Assembly: GCA_963835065.1 (NCBI GenBank)
Contig: CAWIEK010000053.1
Location: 160,001 to 224,000 of the forward strand
DNA length: 64,000 bases
Direction of reading: 5' to 3'
Source: an uncultured Chthonomonadaceae bacterium
GTDB taxonomy: Bacteria; Armatimonadota; Chthonomonadetes; Chthonomonadales; Chthonomonadaceae
Shown here in pieces: positions 31,697 to 42,279 of this stretch. Position 1 is the first letter of the stretch. The number at the start of each line of letters is the position of its first letter. The notes beneath the pieces were generated by a model. That model saw only the letters and a program-made list of their open reading frames with translations, did no database searches and was not told the DNA's origin. Made by a program: the position numbers and the translations under genes.

Positions 31697-32686
31697 ATGC
31701 AAATGCTGACGATACCGAACACAAACCTGACCGTTTCTATGCTTTCTCTGGGCGCGGGCGGATTGGGAACGCGCACTTCGGCGGATGATTCCATGCGCCT
31801 GCTCGACGCTTATGTGGAAATGGGAGGCAATTTTCTGGACAGCGCCCATATCTACGCGGCGTGGGTTCCCGGCGGCGAAGGCGCGAGCGAGCGTACCATC
31901 GGCAAGTGGCTGCAAACGCGGGGAAGTCGTTCGCAGGTCGTGATTGGAACAAAGGGCGGGCATCCGCACATGGACACGATGCACATTTCGCGCCTGTCAC
32001 CCGCAGAAATCGCGCAGGATTTGCAGGAGAGTCTGGAACGGCTTCAGGTGGACACGATAGACGTTTACTGGCTGCACCGCGATGATCCGGCCCGCCCGGT
32101 CGGTGAACTGGTGGAAACGCTGCATGAGGCTGTTGCGCAGGGGAAGATACGCTGTTACGGGTTTTCAAACTGGTCTGTCGCGCGTATGGAAGCCGCGCTG
32201 CACTACGCGCAGGAACGCAAGCTGACGGGTTTTGTCGCCAATCAGGTCGGCTGGAGTCTGGCGGAACGCAATCCGAATTGGGGCGACGCGACCATGCGCT
32301 TCATGGATGAAGAGACGCAGGCGTTTCATAGCAGGACAGGGTTGATGGCGGCGGCGTACTCGTCACAGGCAAACGGCTTTTTCGCGGGCGCGTATGGGCG
32401 CGGCAAACTTCCACCTACGCCCGGCGTCAATGCGGGCGTCGTGAATGCCTATTACAATGAAGCCAATTTCGCGCGGCTGGAACGGGCGCAAGAACTGGCC
32501 GCGCATTACGGCTGCACTCCCAATGCCATTGCGCTTGCCTATCTGCTCGGTCAATCCTTCCCCGCCTGCGCCATCCTCGGCTGCGGCACTCTCGACCATC
32601 TGCGCGAAAGCTGCGCCTACGCCTACTTTACACTTTCTGCGGAAGAAGTTGCTTGGCTCGATGAGTTCAGAGCAAGGAGTTATGAG
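31697..32686 (+). CDS. Aldo/keto reductase (natural stop missing; ORF reads through to 32953)
   Basis: FLDSAHIY, SERTIG, IDVYWLHRDD, GFSNW. Confidence 0.85.
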
Positions 32687-33269
32687 ATGACTCACAAATT
32701 TTCTGTGGAAAGATTGAGTTTGAAGAAAACGTACAACTTTCTGCGAGAAACTACAAATTTAATCTTACCTATCAAAAAGAAGAATGGAGTATGGATCTAC
32801 CCTAAACCCTTTCTGAGAAAAAAGGAATTCAGAGCAGTCTGCTATAAGGCTCCAGAACTTAATGTCCCTGCGGAAGGGGAGGAGTACGGCATCTGGTGCC
32901 TCGAAAACCTTACAATGCCCAAAACCTGGACTCTGGCGCTTAGGCATCTTTGACATGTCATTTAGAAACACATTGCTGTCTTATTCTTTCTTGTGCTGAA
33001 CGATTTCGCGGACGTTGATTTTACAGACGCCATTCTCGAAGAGTGTGATATGCGTCGTTGCAATTTCGAAAATGTGTGTTTTGTTGGGCGGATTTAAGCA
33101 GGGCAGACCTGAGAATGTCTTGCTTCGAGAATTGCAACTTCTCTGATGCGAACATGACGGGTACGAAGAAATGACACGCTCTCAAGTCAAAGGATTAAAT
33201 CTGTCAGAGCAACAAATGCAACAAATAGACTGGAAGCTTAAAGACGGCACAGAACCGCCAGGAGGTTAG
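32687..33269 (+). pseudogene. Pentapeptide-repeat protein, several frameshifts, lower GC
   Basis: Fragments NDFADVDFTDAILEECDMRRCNFENVCF, ADLSRADLR, SCFENCNFSDANM, ending DGTEPPGG*. Confidence 0.65.
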
Positions 33270-33339
33270 CAAGTGCAGCTTTACATGTGCATAAAAGGAG
33301 GCTTCTGTTGCCGTATGAACGAGAGCATAATATTCTCTG

Positions 33340-33649
33340 AGAGGACAGAGGTGCCGCGTTTATAAGTCGTCATAAACGGCGTCCTCGTCATTATCCCAGA
33401 CCTTTGTAAATGCGGGTTCGGAGAGCGCATCAGGGAACGGGTTAATTTCGCGTCGTCAATTTCATCGGCAGTTGGTAATTGAAGCAAATCGCGCCCTAAA
33501 ATACGCCAATTACGCCCAATCTTCACACCACGCGCAAGACCGGCATCCAGTAGATGCTGGACGCTTCGCCGCGAAATGCGCAACATGGCAGCCACTTCTT
33601 CGGGCGTGTAGTAGATATTCGGACTGATTTCGAGCTTCTGCATACTCAT
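33340..33649 (-). CDS. Excisionase-type HTH antitoxin ending WDNDEDAVYDDL (frameshifted), followed by a MazF stub
   Basis: YYTPEEVAAML...GVKIGRNWRI; shifted frame EPAFTKVWDNDEDAVYDDL*; overlapping MTTYKRG stub. Confidence 0.65.
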
Positions 33650-33660
33650 TTAACAAGATT

Positions 33661-33775
33661 TCCCGCCGTGCTTCCGGCAGAGTAGATTGCCACATTCTTG
33701 AAATTATACCACGCCTGTCAGGAGCTGCGCCTACGCCGACTTGAAATTGCAGCCGGAAGCAGCAGCATGGCTCGA
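33661..33775 (+). repeat. Fused junction of duplicated segments B1 (33661-33723) and A2 (33723-33775)
   Basis: B1 matches 36449-36511 at 55/63; A2 is homologous to the AKR 3' end 32609-32661. Confidence 0.85.
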
Positions 33776-33838
33776 AGGAAGTAACCTCACACTTGGTTCT
33801 TAATTCTAACTGTGCTGTGTATTAGGAAGGGTGTTCGC

Positions 33839-34201
33839 TTATTTGTCCGCCCGTGCCTTGTCCGCCAACTGAATGTTGTGTGCCTGCACAATCGCCTGCA
33901 GCAATCCCGGAAAACGCGTCTCGATCTCCGCACAGCGAGCGGTGTTGCGCATCTCAACCCCCTGCCGCTCGCTTCGGATGAGACCCGCTTCACGCAGGAT
34001 TTTGAAATGCCGAGAAAGCGTTGATTTCGGGATCGCTATCGCGCTGATGTTGAGGAAGCGCGAACAGGTCTGGGGGCAGCCCGAACTAATAATGTCGGCG
34101 TAGATCGCCACACGCACCGGATCGGCAAGCGCATACAGGATGCCTTCTACCGTGATGTCTTCCACGGACGGATGATAGAGAGATCGCATAGGTTTGGTCA
34201 C
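33839..34201 (-). CDS. ArsR/SmtB-family transcriptional regulator
   Basis: LYALADPVR, KSTLSRHFKILREAGLI. Confidence 0.88.
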   Translation of the reverse strand: MTKPMRSLYHPSVEDITVEGILYALADPVRVAIYADIISSGCPQTCSRFLNISAIAIPKSTLSRHFKILREAGLIRSERQGVEMRNTARCAEIETRFPGLLQAIVQAHNIQLADKARADK

Positions 34202-34512
34202 ACGGTCCTTACGGCCGTTTCATATCAGATTTGCCGGATTTGCCAAATTTGCCAGGTGAGCGCACGTTCGCATAGGTTCGTGCAGGTTTAAGTCCAGGCT
34301 GCTTACACTGCTTCCCTACGTATACAGTGCGCAGGGTGTTAGCCCTTCCCATCGCGTGGAAAAAATAGTTCAACTGTTCATTATTTCGGAACTATTGAAC
34401 TATTCTAAGGCGTAGAGTCGCGTAATTGTTGTTCCAAGGCTAATCCTCTTTCCTTCTGGACGATGCGGGACGCCGGAACAGGATGCAAGCAGGCATAGAA
34501 AAGGATACGAAC

Positions 34513-35259
34513 ATGGGCAAACTTACGGGAAAGGTCGCCGTTGTCACCGGCGCCTCAAAGGGCATCGGCGCCGGTATCGCCAAAGGACTGGCCGCGGAAG
34601 GCGCTTCGGTCGTCGTCAACTACGCTTCCAGCAAATCCGGTGCAGACGCTGTCGTCTCAGTTACGGAGGAGGCGGGAGGAACCGCAGTCGCCGTCGGAGG
34701 GGATGTTTCGACCGAAGCAGGCGCACAGGGCATTGTGGACGCCGCCATCCGCAACTATGGCCGTCTGGATGTGCTGGTGAATAACTCAGGAGTTTATGAT
34801 TTCGCTCCCCTGGAGGCCGTGACCGAAGCGGAGTTCCATCGCATCTTCAATACCAATGTGCTGGGCACGGTGCTGGTCACGCAGGCGGCAATCAAACACA
34901 TGGGCGAAGGCGGAAGCATTATCAACATCGGTTCCGGCGCCAGCCGTCTGACGCCCGCCAACTCCACAATCTATACCGGCACCAAAGGCGCGCTGGATGC
35001 GATTACCGGCGTCTGGTCGCGTGAATTCGGCCCGAAGAAGATCCGGGTGAACACAATCAACCCTGGTATGGTCGAGACCGAAGGCGCCCGTAGCGGCGGC
35101 TTCATCGGCTCGGACTTCGAAAAAACGCTGATTGCGCAGGCGCCGCTTGGTCGCACAGGGCAAGTCAGCGACATTGCTCCCATTGCCGTTTTTCTGGCCT
35201 CCGACGACTCCGGCTGGCTTACGGGGGAGCAGCTTCTCGCCACTGGTGGCATTCGCTGA
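34513..35259 (+). CDS. SDR family oxidoreductase
   Basis: TGASKGIG, NNSG, YTGTK. Confidence 0.9.
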   Translation: MGKLTGKVAVVTGASKGIGAGIAKGLAAEGASVVVNYASSKSGADAVVSVTEEAGGTAVAVGGDVSTEAGAQGIVDAAIRNYGRLDVLVNNSGVYDFAPLEAVTEAEFHRIFNTNVLGTVLVTQAAIKHMGEGGSIINIGSGASRLTPANSTIYTGTKGALDAITGVWSREFGPKKIRVNTINPGMVETEGARSGGFIGSDFEKTLIAQAPLGRTGQVSDIAPIAVFLASDDSGWLTGEQLLATGGIR

Positions 35260-35391
35260 AGGTGAAAGCCGTTACCAACTATTCGATGTAAAGCGATGCG
35301 CCTGCGGGAACCAGGTTCATTGCCCAATTTTTCAATCGCCCTGATCTTCTTATACGAAGATCAGCCGCGCCATTTTATAAAAGGAACCACA

Positions 35392-36141
35392 ATGAGTAAA
35401 TTAGCAGGTAAAGTCGCCCTGATTACCGGGGGCAACAGCGGTATGGGACTTGCCACCGCCCAACTTTTCGCCCGCGAAGGCGCCAAAGTCATTATCACCG
35501 GCCGTCGCCAAAAGGAGACGGAAGAGGCCGCGCAGAGCGCAGGAGACAATGTCGAAGGATTTGTCGGGGACATTGCGAATCTGGCGGATTTAGACCGTCT
35601 GCATGACCATCTCGCCAAAATTTATGGCAAAGTAGACATCATATTCGCCAACGCGGGCATTGGCGACTTTGTTCCCTTCGGACAGGTGACGGAGGAGCAG
35701 TTCGACCGAGTATTTGCGGTGAACGTCAAAGGAACCTTCTTCACCGTGCAGAAGTTGCTGCCTCTGATTCCCGATGGTGGCTCGGTGATCTTGAACGGCT
35801 CGAATGCCAGCATCAAAGGCATGGAAGCGTTCAGCACGTATTCCGCCACCAAAGCCGCTCTGCGCTCGTTCGCGCGAACCTGGACGACGGATCTCAAAGC
35901 GCGCAAAATTCGGGTCAACGTTCTTTCCCCCGGCCCGATAGATACGCCTATCTTTGGGAAAGCTGGATTGACCGACGAGCAGATCGAGGGGTTCAAGTCC
36001 CAGATAGCCTTTCAGGTTCCTCTGGGCCGTATTGGGCATGTGGACGAGATCGCGCTTCCCGCTCTCTTCCTCGCCTCCGACGACAGCAGTTTTGTGACGG
36101 GAACGGAACTCTTCGTGGATGGCGGCATGGCGCAAGTGTAG
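35392..36141 (+). CDS. SDR family oxidoreductase
   Basis: TGGNSGMG, ANAG, YSATK, VDGG. Confidence 0.9.
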   Translation: MSKLAGKVALITGGNSGMGLATAQLFAREGAKVIITGRRQKETEEAAQSAGDNVEGFVGDIANLADLDRLHDHLAKIYGKVDIIFANAGIGDFVPFGQVTEEQFDRVFAVNVKGTFFTVQKLLPLIPDGGSVILNGSNASIKGMEAFSTYSATKAALRSFARTWTTDLKARKIRVNVLSPGPIDTPIFGKAGLTDEQIEGFKSQIAFQVPLGRIGHVDEIALPALFLASDDSSFVTGTELFVDGGMAQV

Positions 36142-36211
36142 GATCAACGCCAGGTCTTTCGAAAATGCTCGTCCGATTGTTTGTGAAGAAGATAGAATAA
36201 AGTACAAAATA

Positions 36212-36450
36212 ACGCGGAAAAAGTGAACCCTTTGCCCCACACATTCGTCTGAATAGTAGTACAAGAGTCTACCATTCAGACGGATGATATCCAAATAGGA
36301 AGGGAGGTGCATGAGGATGTTCCCCTTCTCCCGTTCGCCCTGACGCTTTCGAGGTCACGACGCCTCTCTCCTACAACCAGACACAACGAGACATCGGGCT
36401 GGAAGCGCTGTATTGCCAAGATTTCGACGCTGCCTCTACATACCCTTTTC
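36212..36450 (+). ncRNA. Repeated ECF-promoter / micro-ORF / conserved-RNA unit, copy B
   Basis: GAACC-N16-CGTCTGAA (36225-36253), GGAGG, MFPFSRSP* (36317-36343), conserved tail. Confidence 0.6.
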
Positions 36451-36505
36451 CCGACGTGCTTTCGGCAAAGTAGATTGCCACTTTCTTGAAAGACTATCAC
36501 GCCTG

Positions 36506-37966
36506 TCAGGAAATGATAGATTGAATTGGTTCGACGGGGACGACGCCGACGAGTTTCTGGTTCAGGCCGCCGTAGAAGTAGGAGAGGCGGTTCGGGTCCA
36601 TGCCCATCTGGTGCAGAATGGTGGCGTGGAGGTTCTTGACGTGGTAGCGGTCTACCGCCGCTTCCATGCCCAATTCATCCGTTTCGCCCGCCGACACGCC
36701 GCCTTTGATGCCGCCGCCCGCCATCCACATCGTATAGCCGTAAGCGTTGTGGTCGCGGCCATCTCCCGTGCCGTGCGACGTGCGCCCGAACTCCCCGCCC
36801 CACACCACAAGCGTTTCGTCCAGCAATCCGCGCTGTTTCAAATCTTTCAGCAGTCCGGCAATGGGCTTGTCCGTGCGCCCCGCGTTGCGGTTGTGGTTGG
36901 CGACAAGGTTGCCGTGCGCGTCCCAAAAGTTCAGGAAGTTGGTGTTGCCGCCGCCCGCGTACAATTGGATGAAGCGGACGCCCCGCTCCACCATGCGCCG
37001 GGCGAGCAGGCAGCGATAGCCGAAATCGCGTGTTTCTTCCTTGTCCATGCCGTACAGCGCTTTGATGTTTTCCGGCTCATGCGGCAAGTCTACCACTTCG
37101 GGCGCAAAAATCTGCATTTTGTACGCGAGTTCGTAACTGGAGATACGCGCGGCGAGATTGGAGTTGTCGCTGCGGGTCTGGCGATGCCCTTCATTGAAAT
37201 GCTTGAGCGTGTCCAGCATGTCGCGCTGCATTTCATCGGTCATGCCATCCGGGCGCGTCAGATCAAGAATCGGATCGCCTGCCGCCCGCAGAACGGTTCC
37301 TTGATACGCGGCGGGCATGTAGCCGCTGCTCCAGTTTTTCGCGCCGGAAATCGGCCCGCCCGTCGTATCCGTCATCACGACAAAACCGGGCAGGTTCTGG
37401 TTGGCCGTGCCCAACCCGTAGTTGACCCACGATCCCAGACTGGGACTGCCGGAAATGATTTTCCCCGTGTTCATCTGAATCATCGCGGAGCCATGTACGG
37501 GCGCGTCCGAATACAGCGAATGGATAAACGCCATGTCGTCCACATGCTGCCCAACATGCGGGTACAGGTCGGAAACGTGTTTGCCGCACTGCCCGTACGG
37601 CTTGAACTTCCACTGCGGCTCCATCAGTTTCAGTTGTTTGGGCTTGTTGCCCTCGCGGAAACTGCGCACCGTAATGGTTTGCCCGTCCCGTCCGATCAGA
37701 TGCGGCTTATAATCGAACGTATCAAGCTGACTCGGCCCGCCATACATGAACAGGAAGATAACCGATTTGGCTTTGCCCGGCAGTTGCGGCGGTTTGGCAG
37801 CCAGAGGATTAGGTGTTGGGTGTTGGGTATTGGGTGTTGGGGCAGCGTTGGCGGGGGGCGCGAAGAAGCCGTCGGCGGACAGCATGCCTGTCAGTGCCAG
37901 CCCGGTAAAGCCCGCGCCGGTTTCCCACAACATTTCGCGCCGTGTTTTGCCGCATAATCCACTCAT
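36506..37966 (-). CDS. DUF1501 Tat-signal protein
   Basis: TRREML, IFLFMYGGPSQLDTFDYKP, WDAH, GEFGRT, GRDH. Confidence 0.88.
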   Translation of the reverse strand: MSGLCGKTRREMLWETGAGFTGLALTGMLSADGFFAPPANAAPTPNTQHPTPNPLAAKPPQLPGKAKSVIFLFMYGGPSQLDTFDYKPHLIGRDGQTITVRSFREGNKPKQLKLMEPQWKFKPYGQCGKHVSDLYPHVGQHVDDMAFIHSLYSDAPVHGSAMIQMNTGKIISGSPSLGSWVNYGLGTANQNLPGFVVMTDTTGGPISGAKNWSSGYMPAAYQGTVLRAAGDPILDLTRPDGMTDEMQRDMLDTLKHFNEGHRQTRSDNSNLAARISSYELAYKMQIFAPEVVDLPHEPENIKALYGMDKEETRDFGYRCLLARRMVERGVRFIQLYAGGGNTNFLNFWDAHGNLVANHNRNAGRTDKPIAGLLKDLKQRGLLDETLVVWGGEFGRTSHGTGDGRDHNAYGYTMWMAGGGIKGGVSAGETDELGMEAAVDRYHVKNLHATILHQMGMDPNRLSYFYGGLNQKLVGVVPVEPIQSIIS

Positions 37967-38007
37967 GCTGTCGTTCTCCTAATTCCAAAACCGTTTCAAC
38001 AAACGTT

Positions 38008-38115
38008 CGTAGGGACACAACATGTTGTGTCCGCAATCTGCCGTTGTGTCCGTAATTTATCTTCTTCGAGCGAGGACATCATTCGAGCGAGGACACAACA
38101 TGTTGTGTCCCTACG
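38008..38115. repeat. GTAG-type REP-like doublet
   Basis: cgtagggacacaacatgttgtgtcc ... ggacacaacatgttgtgtccctacg. Confidence 0.75.
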
Positions 38116-38156
38116 CCGTTAATTTGAAGTTGAAGCCTGCTTGTTCGTTGTCTGTC

Positions 38157-41138
38157 TTAATCCAGATAGAGAAATTCGTCCAAATTTAAGGCCATCAGGC
38201 AGAGCAGGTTTTGCGCCTGTTCCGGCTTTGCGCCGCGCCGCTGTAATCGCGTCAGCAGGTTCATGCCTTCAGCAATTTCTGCACTCGTTGGCGGACGCTG
38301 CTGTACGAGGGTCAGGACGCGGGTGGTGAAGGCGCGGGGTTCCTGACCGACTTCATGCCGCACTCGCGCCGCCAGTACACTCGCCTGCTTGTTGACAAAG
38401 GGGCCGTTTATCATGCCCAATGCCTGCGTGGGCTGCGTGGACGCGAAGCGGGCGGGCGTGGTGCGGTCAGTTTCCGGCAGGTCGAAGTTTGCCAGAAGGG
38501 GATAAATCAGCGAACGCTTGACGTGAATATAAATGCTGCGCCGGTTTACGTCTTCGGGTTTCATCTGCTCCGTATGCCAGTCCGCGCCGGGGATGGACTG
38601 CCCCGCCAGTATCTCTTTCGGGATTTCCGGGTAGATGCTGTCGCCGTACATCGTCGGGTTCAGGTTGCCCGCCACCGCTAGAAGGCTATCACGTATCTCT
38701 TCCGCCGTCAGCCGCCGCATATCGAACCGCCAGAACAAATCATTCTGCGGGTCCCGCGCCAATGCCGTCGGGTTGACCTGCGACGACTGCTTGTACGCAT
38801 TGCTCATCAATATCAGCTTGTGCAGTTTTTTGAAACTCCAACCGCAGGCAAAGGAGTTGATAGTTGAGAGTTGATAGTTGATAGGAGCGGCTTCATCCTT
38901 CATCCTTCCGCCTTCATCCTTTGCAACGAAGTTGCTTGCCAGCCAGTTCAGCAGTTCGGGATGCGTGGGGGCGGCTCCTTGCAGTCCGAAGTCGTTGGGG
39001 GTGCGTACCAGTCCCCTGCCGAAATGGTGCTGCCAGATGCGGTTGACGATCACGCGGGCGGTGAGCGGATTGTTGGGACTGGTGAGCCAGTTGGCGAGGG
39101 CGAGGCGCTGCCCGGTGGTTTTGGCGTTAGGAAGGGGACCGGGAAGCGTAGCCGTGCCGCCGCCTGCGCAAATGGGAAAACCCGCCTCCACTTTGTCACC
39201 CGGCGTGTTCGGATTGCCGCGCTGCATGAGAAACGTATCTGCAGGCTTGGGGCCGGATTCGCTGACGCACAGAATTTTTTCCGCGCTCGGTTGCTCCTGC
39301 TTGTCCAGTTCGGATTTGGTTTTTACAAGCTGCGCGTACTGGTTGGCGCGTTCCTGCGTGAACAAAATCGGGAGTTCGGCCGCTAGCAGGGTGGGCAGTC
39401 CCATCGCGTCACAGCTTTCCGCTGTGGAAAGGGGACGCCGCGCAAATCCCGGCCCGCTCCATGCCACGCTGATGCCGAACGGCCCTCTGCCTTGCAGATA
39501 ATCCAGCCGGAACGGCACCGACCCGGCGTCAAGATGCATGGTTGCATGCTGTTCCTGCCCCTGTCCGCCCGGCGAGTTTTTTCCAGCGTTTTCTTGCCCG
39601 CAAGCGAGATACGCGAGCTGTCGTCGCTGTCCAGATAAAAGGTGTACTCGCCCTCTTTCGGCGCGTTCAGGATTCCCTCAAACACAAAGCCGAAGTTTTC
39701 CTCGCGCTTGTGCGGGCGCAGGTCAATGAACGCAGGCGTCAGAGTACGCCGACTGAAACGGGTTTCAGTTTGTCGAAGTTGGGGAAAGCCGGCTAGGCTC
39801 CCTGAAAATAGCGGTAATGCAGGTCGGACAGGTCGCTCGGATTGACAAGCTGCGCCCGTGTTCGCGCCATGCGGTTTCGATGGCAGCGATTGCCGCTTGA
39901 TTGGCTTTGCGTTTGGCCGCCAGTTCCGTGACTGCGCGCTCGTACTCCTGCTTCTTTTCCGCGGTTGGGAAGTACAGGGCTTCGTCGGTCGGCCCGCCAT
40001 TTTTGAAGCGGTTGATGTTGTGGAAGATGGCAAGGAAGCGGTAATAATCTTTTTGCGGGATTGGGTCGAGTTTGTGGTCGTGGCAGCGGGCGCAGTCCAG
40101 CGTCAGGCCCAAAAACGCCTGCCCGGTCGTGGCAACCAGATCATCCAGTTCGTCGTACTGCGCCTGCAGCATGTCGGCAGGCTCATCGTCCCAGATGCCC
40201 AGGCGATAATAAGCGGTTGCGACGAGGGCATCGCCGTTGGCGTCGGGCAGTTCATCGCCGGCGATCTGTTCGCGCACAAAGCGGTCATAAGGCTTGTCGT
40301 CGTTGAAGGCGCGGATCACGTAATCGCGGTACTTGGTGATGTAGGGTTTGGGGTTGTCGCGCTCGTAGGAATTGGTTTCTGCATAGCGCACGAGATCGAG
40401 CCAGTGCCGCCCCCATTTTTCGCCATAGTGCGGACTGGCAAGCAGGCGATCCACAACTTTTTCCTAGGCGTTGGGCGATTTGTCGTTTTCAAACGCGCTC
40501 ACTTCTTCGGGCGTGGGCGGCAGGCCGATCAAATCGTAGGTGACGCGGCGGATCAGTTCGCGGCGGGTGGCGGTGGGGGAAGGTTTTAATCCGGATGCTT
40601 CCAAACGCTGCACAATAAAAGCGTCAATGGGATTGCGTATCCAGGCGGCATTATGCGCGTTTTTGATTGTGGGCACAATGGGACGCGTTAGTGGCTGAAA
40701 TGCCCAGTGCGTTTTGCCTTTTTCCATCAGCGAAGGCGCGGACAGCGTGGCGTTCGTCGGCCATTTCGCGCCCTGCCGCACCCACGTTTCCAGCGCGGCG
40801 ATTTTGTCTGCGGGCAGGCTGGCTCCAAGCGGCATACGCGGCTTGCCGCCTTCGCCTTTGATGCGGCGAACCACTTCCTGCGCCTGCGCCGCCGAAACAG
40901 GCGCGTCCAAACGCAAGTCGCCCTGCGCCGCGTCCTTGCCATGACACCCCACGCACGAGGCCAGCAGCGTAGGCCGTACTTTCGACTCAAACAAATTAGA
41001 GTTGGAAGCCGCCGGAGGAGAAGGAACGGGAACAGGCAACGGCGCGGTTTTTTGTCCCCATGCCGCCAGCGTCAGCAGCGCAATCGGCAACGCCACGCCC
41101 ATCTGCAAACTCATTCGTACTCGCCTGTGTTGTTTCAA
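38157..41138 (-). CDS. PSD1 (DUF1549/DUF1553) + planctomycete cytochrome c + PA14-like protein; in-frame TAG at 40464 and frameshifts
   Basis: CVGCH, HWAF, RRVTYDLIGLPP, HWLDLVRYAET, CARCHDHK, NRIWQHHFGRG. Confidence 0.82.
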
Positions 41139-41605
41139 ACCGTCTTCCTATCTCGTGAAATACTGTCCGGGTACTGAAAGTACCCGGCAGGAAAGTACAA
41201 GCGTCCTGCGGACGCGGGAATCTTTCTACAGAGTTGCGTCCGTAGGACGCTTGTTTTGTTCAGACGGGGATTTTCAATCCCCGGCAACAGACAAGGCAAG
41301 GCCGCGCCTGCAAAATGGAGCCATCTTCTTAAAGATTGACACTTTTTTGCGGGCAAAGTAACAGGAAAGTGGCGGGGAAACAGGCGGGAAAGGCAAGTCT
41401 GAAAAATTATGACTAAACAGTCCTAAAATCAGGAACCATGCGCGTTTTGAAGTGGTACAATAAGATAGACTTAGACGACTTTAGCATGGTACGCGCAAGT
41501 CGAAAGCCAAAGCAAAGAATATAGGCCGGGATTGAAACATTGCGCTTCCGAGGTGCGTATATCCTTCACCGGCTTCCTGTTAAGTGGCCCCTGCATAGTA
41601 CCAGA

Positions 41606-41672
41606 AGCGGAGGGACGCTGAAAGTTCGTAGTTCCTGCATGTCTATCAAGTAAGAACTATCAACTATCAACT
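41606..41672 (+). repeat. 67-bp dispersed repeat, copy upstream of hsp20
   Basis: Matches the reverse complement of 27072-27138 at 60/67. Confidence 0.85.
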
Positions 41673-41697
41673 TCTTTAGTAAGGAGGGTGGGAAAGA

Positions 41698-42138
41698 ATG
41701 GCGAGACGAGAGTATAACCCGCTCGATGTGTTCCTGCTGTTGGATTCCGATATTCGCCGTACGGCGGTAAATGCGCAGCGCGCGCTTCAATTTCAGCCCG
41801 CGATTGATATGTACGAAACCGCGTCGGCGCTCGTCGTGGAAATGGAACTGGCCGGGATTGTGCCGGAGCGGTTGAGCATCACGCTGTCGGCGGATGACCG
41901 CGTTCTCAGCGTTGCGGGCGAACGGCGCGAACCGCAGGCCGACCACCGGGAGCGGACGCGCTGCTATCATCTGGAAATTTTCTTCGGGCAGTTTGAGCGG
42001 CAAATCGTATTGCCCTCCAATGTCGCCTTCGACCGCGAAAACATCACGGCCAATTACCGCGACGGCTTTCTCATCATCGCCCTGCCCAAACGCGCCGAAC
42101 CCCGCCATGAGAAGCGGGTAATTCAAGTGCAGAAGTAG
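41698..42138 (+). CDS. Hsp20/alpha-crystallin small heat-shock protein
   Basis: PAIDMYE, GQFERQIVLP, ANYRDGFLIIALPK; AAGGAGG upstream. Confidence 0.9.
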   Translation: MARREYNPLDVFLLLDSDIRRTAVNAQRALQFQPAIDMYETASALVVEMELAGIVPERLSITLSADDRVLSVAGERREPQADHRERTRCYHLEIFFGQFERQIVLPSNVAFDRENITANYRDGFLIIALPKRAEPRHEKRVIQVQK

Positions 42139-42268
42139 TGAGTAGTGAGTAGTCAGTAGTCAGTAGAAGTCCTACTCACTTCTTTCTTAATTGCACAAGC
42201 TTAATTGCACAAGGCTTTGAGTAGACAGGCATTTCTACTGACTACTGACTACTCACTACTCACTACTC
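42134..42268. repeat. Heptamer-arm (TAGTCAG/TAGTGAG) inverted element
   Basis: Inverted arms; inner gagtagacaggcatttctac shared with the copy at 54490-54599. Confidence 0.85.
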
Positions 42269-42279
42269 TTGGAGCCAAC

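Noticed and set aside
31697..32953. 418-aa AKR fusion as a real protein
   Set aside because: The extension is the start of a separate lower-GC pentapeptide-repeat gene with its own AAGGAG; the stop was probably lost by an indel
33715..33790. SRP RNA-like CAGG...GGAAGCAGC sequence
   Set aside because: Explained by the duplicated aldo/keto reductase 3' coding end; no supporting long stem
36344..36450. Longer protein encoded by the tail of the repeated unit (e.g. PVRPDAFEVTT...QRDIGLEALYCQDF, or TGA read-through)
   Set aside because: No shared start codon; most differences between copies are non-synonymous and copy C has a stop or indel in these frames
36413..37957. Long antisense ORFs (36413-37957, 55639-56784, 58901-60109, 30489-31424 and similar)
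   Set aside because: Shadow frames of well-supported genes on the other strand, with no motifs
40464..40466. In-frame TAG in PSD1 as pyrrolysine or recoding
   Set aside because: The position is normally an aromatic residue (AYE/AWE), so a point change or error is simpler; no pyl genes are seen
41400..41600. CIRCE/HAIR/CtsR operator upstream of hsp20-lon
   Set aside because: No convincing match to those consensus sequences
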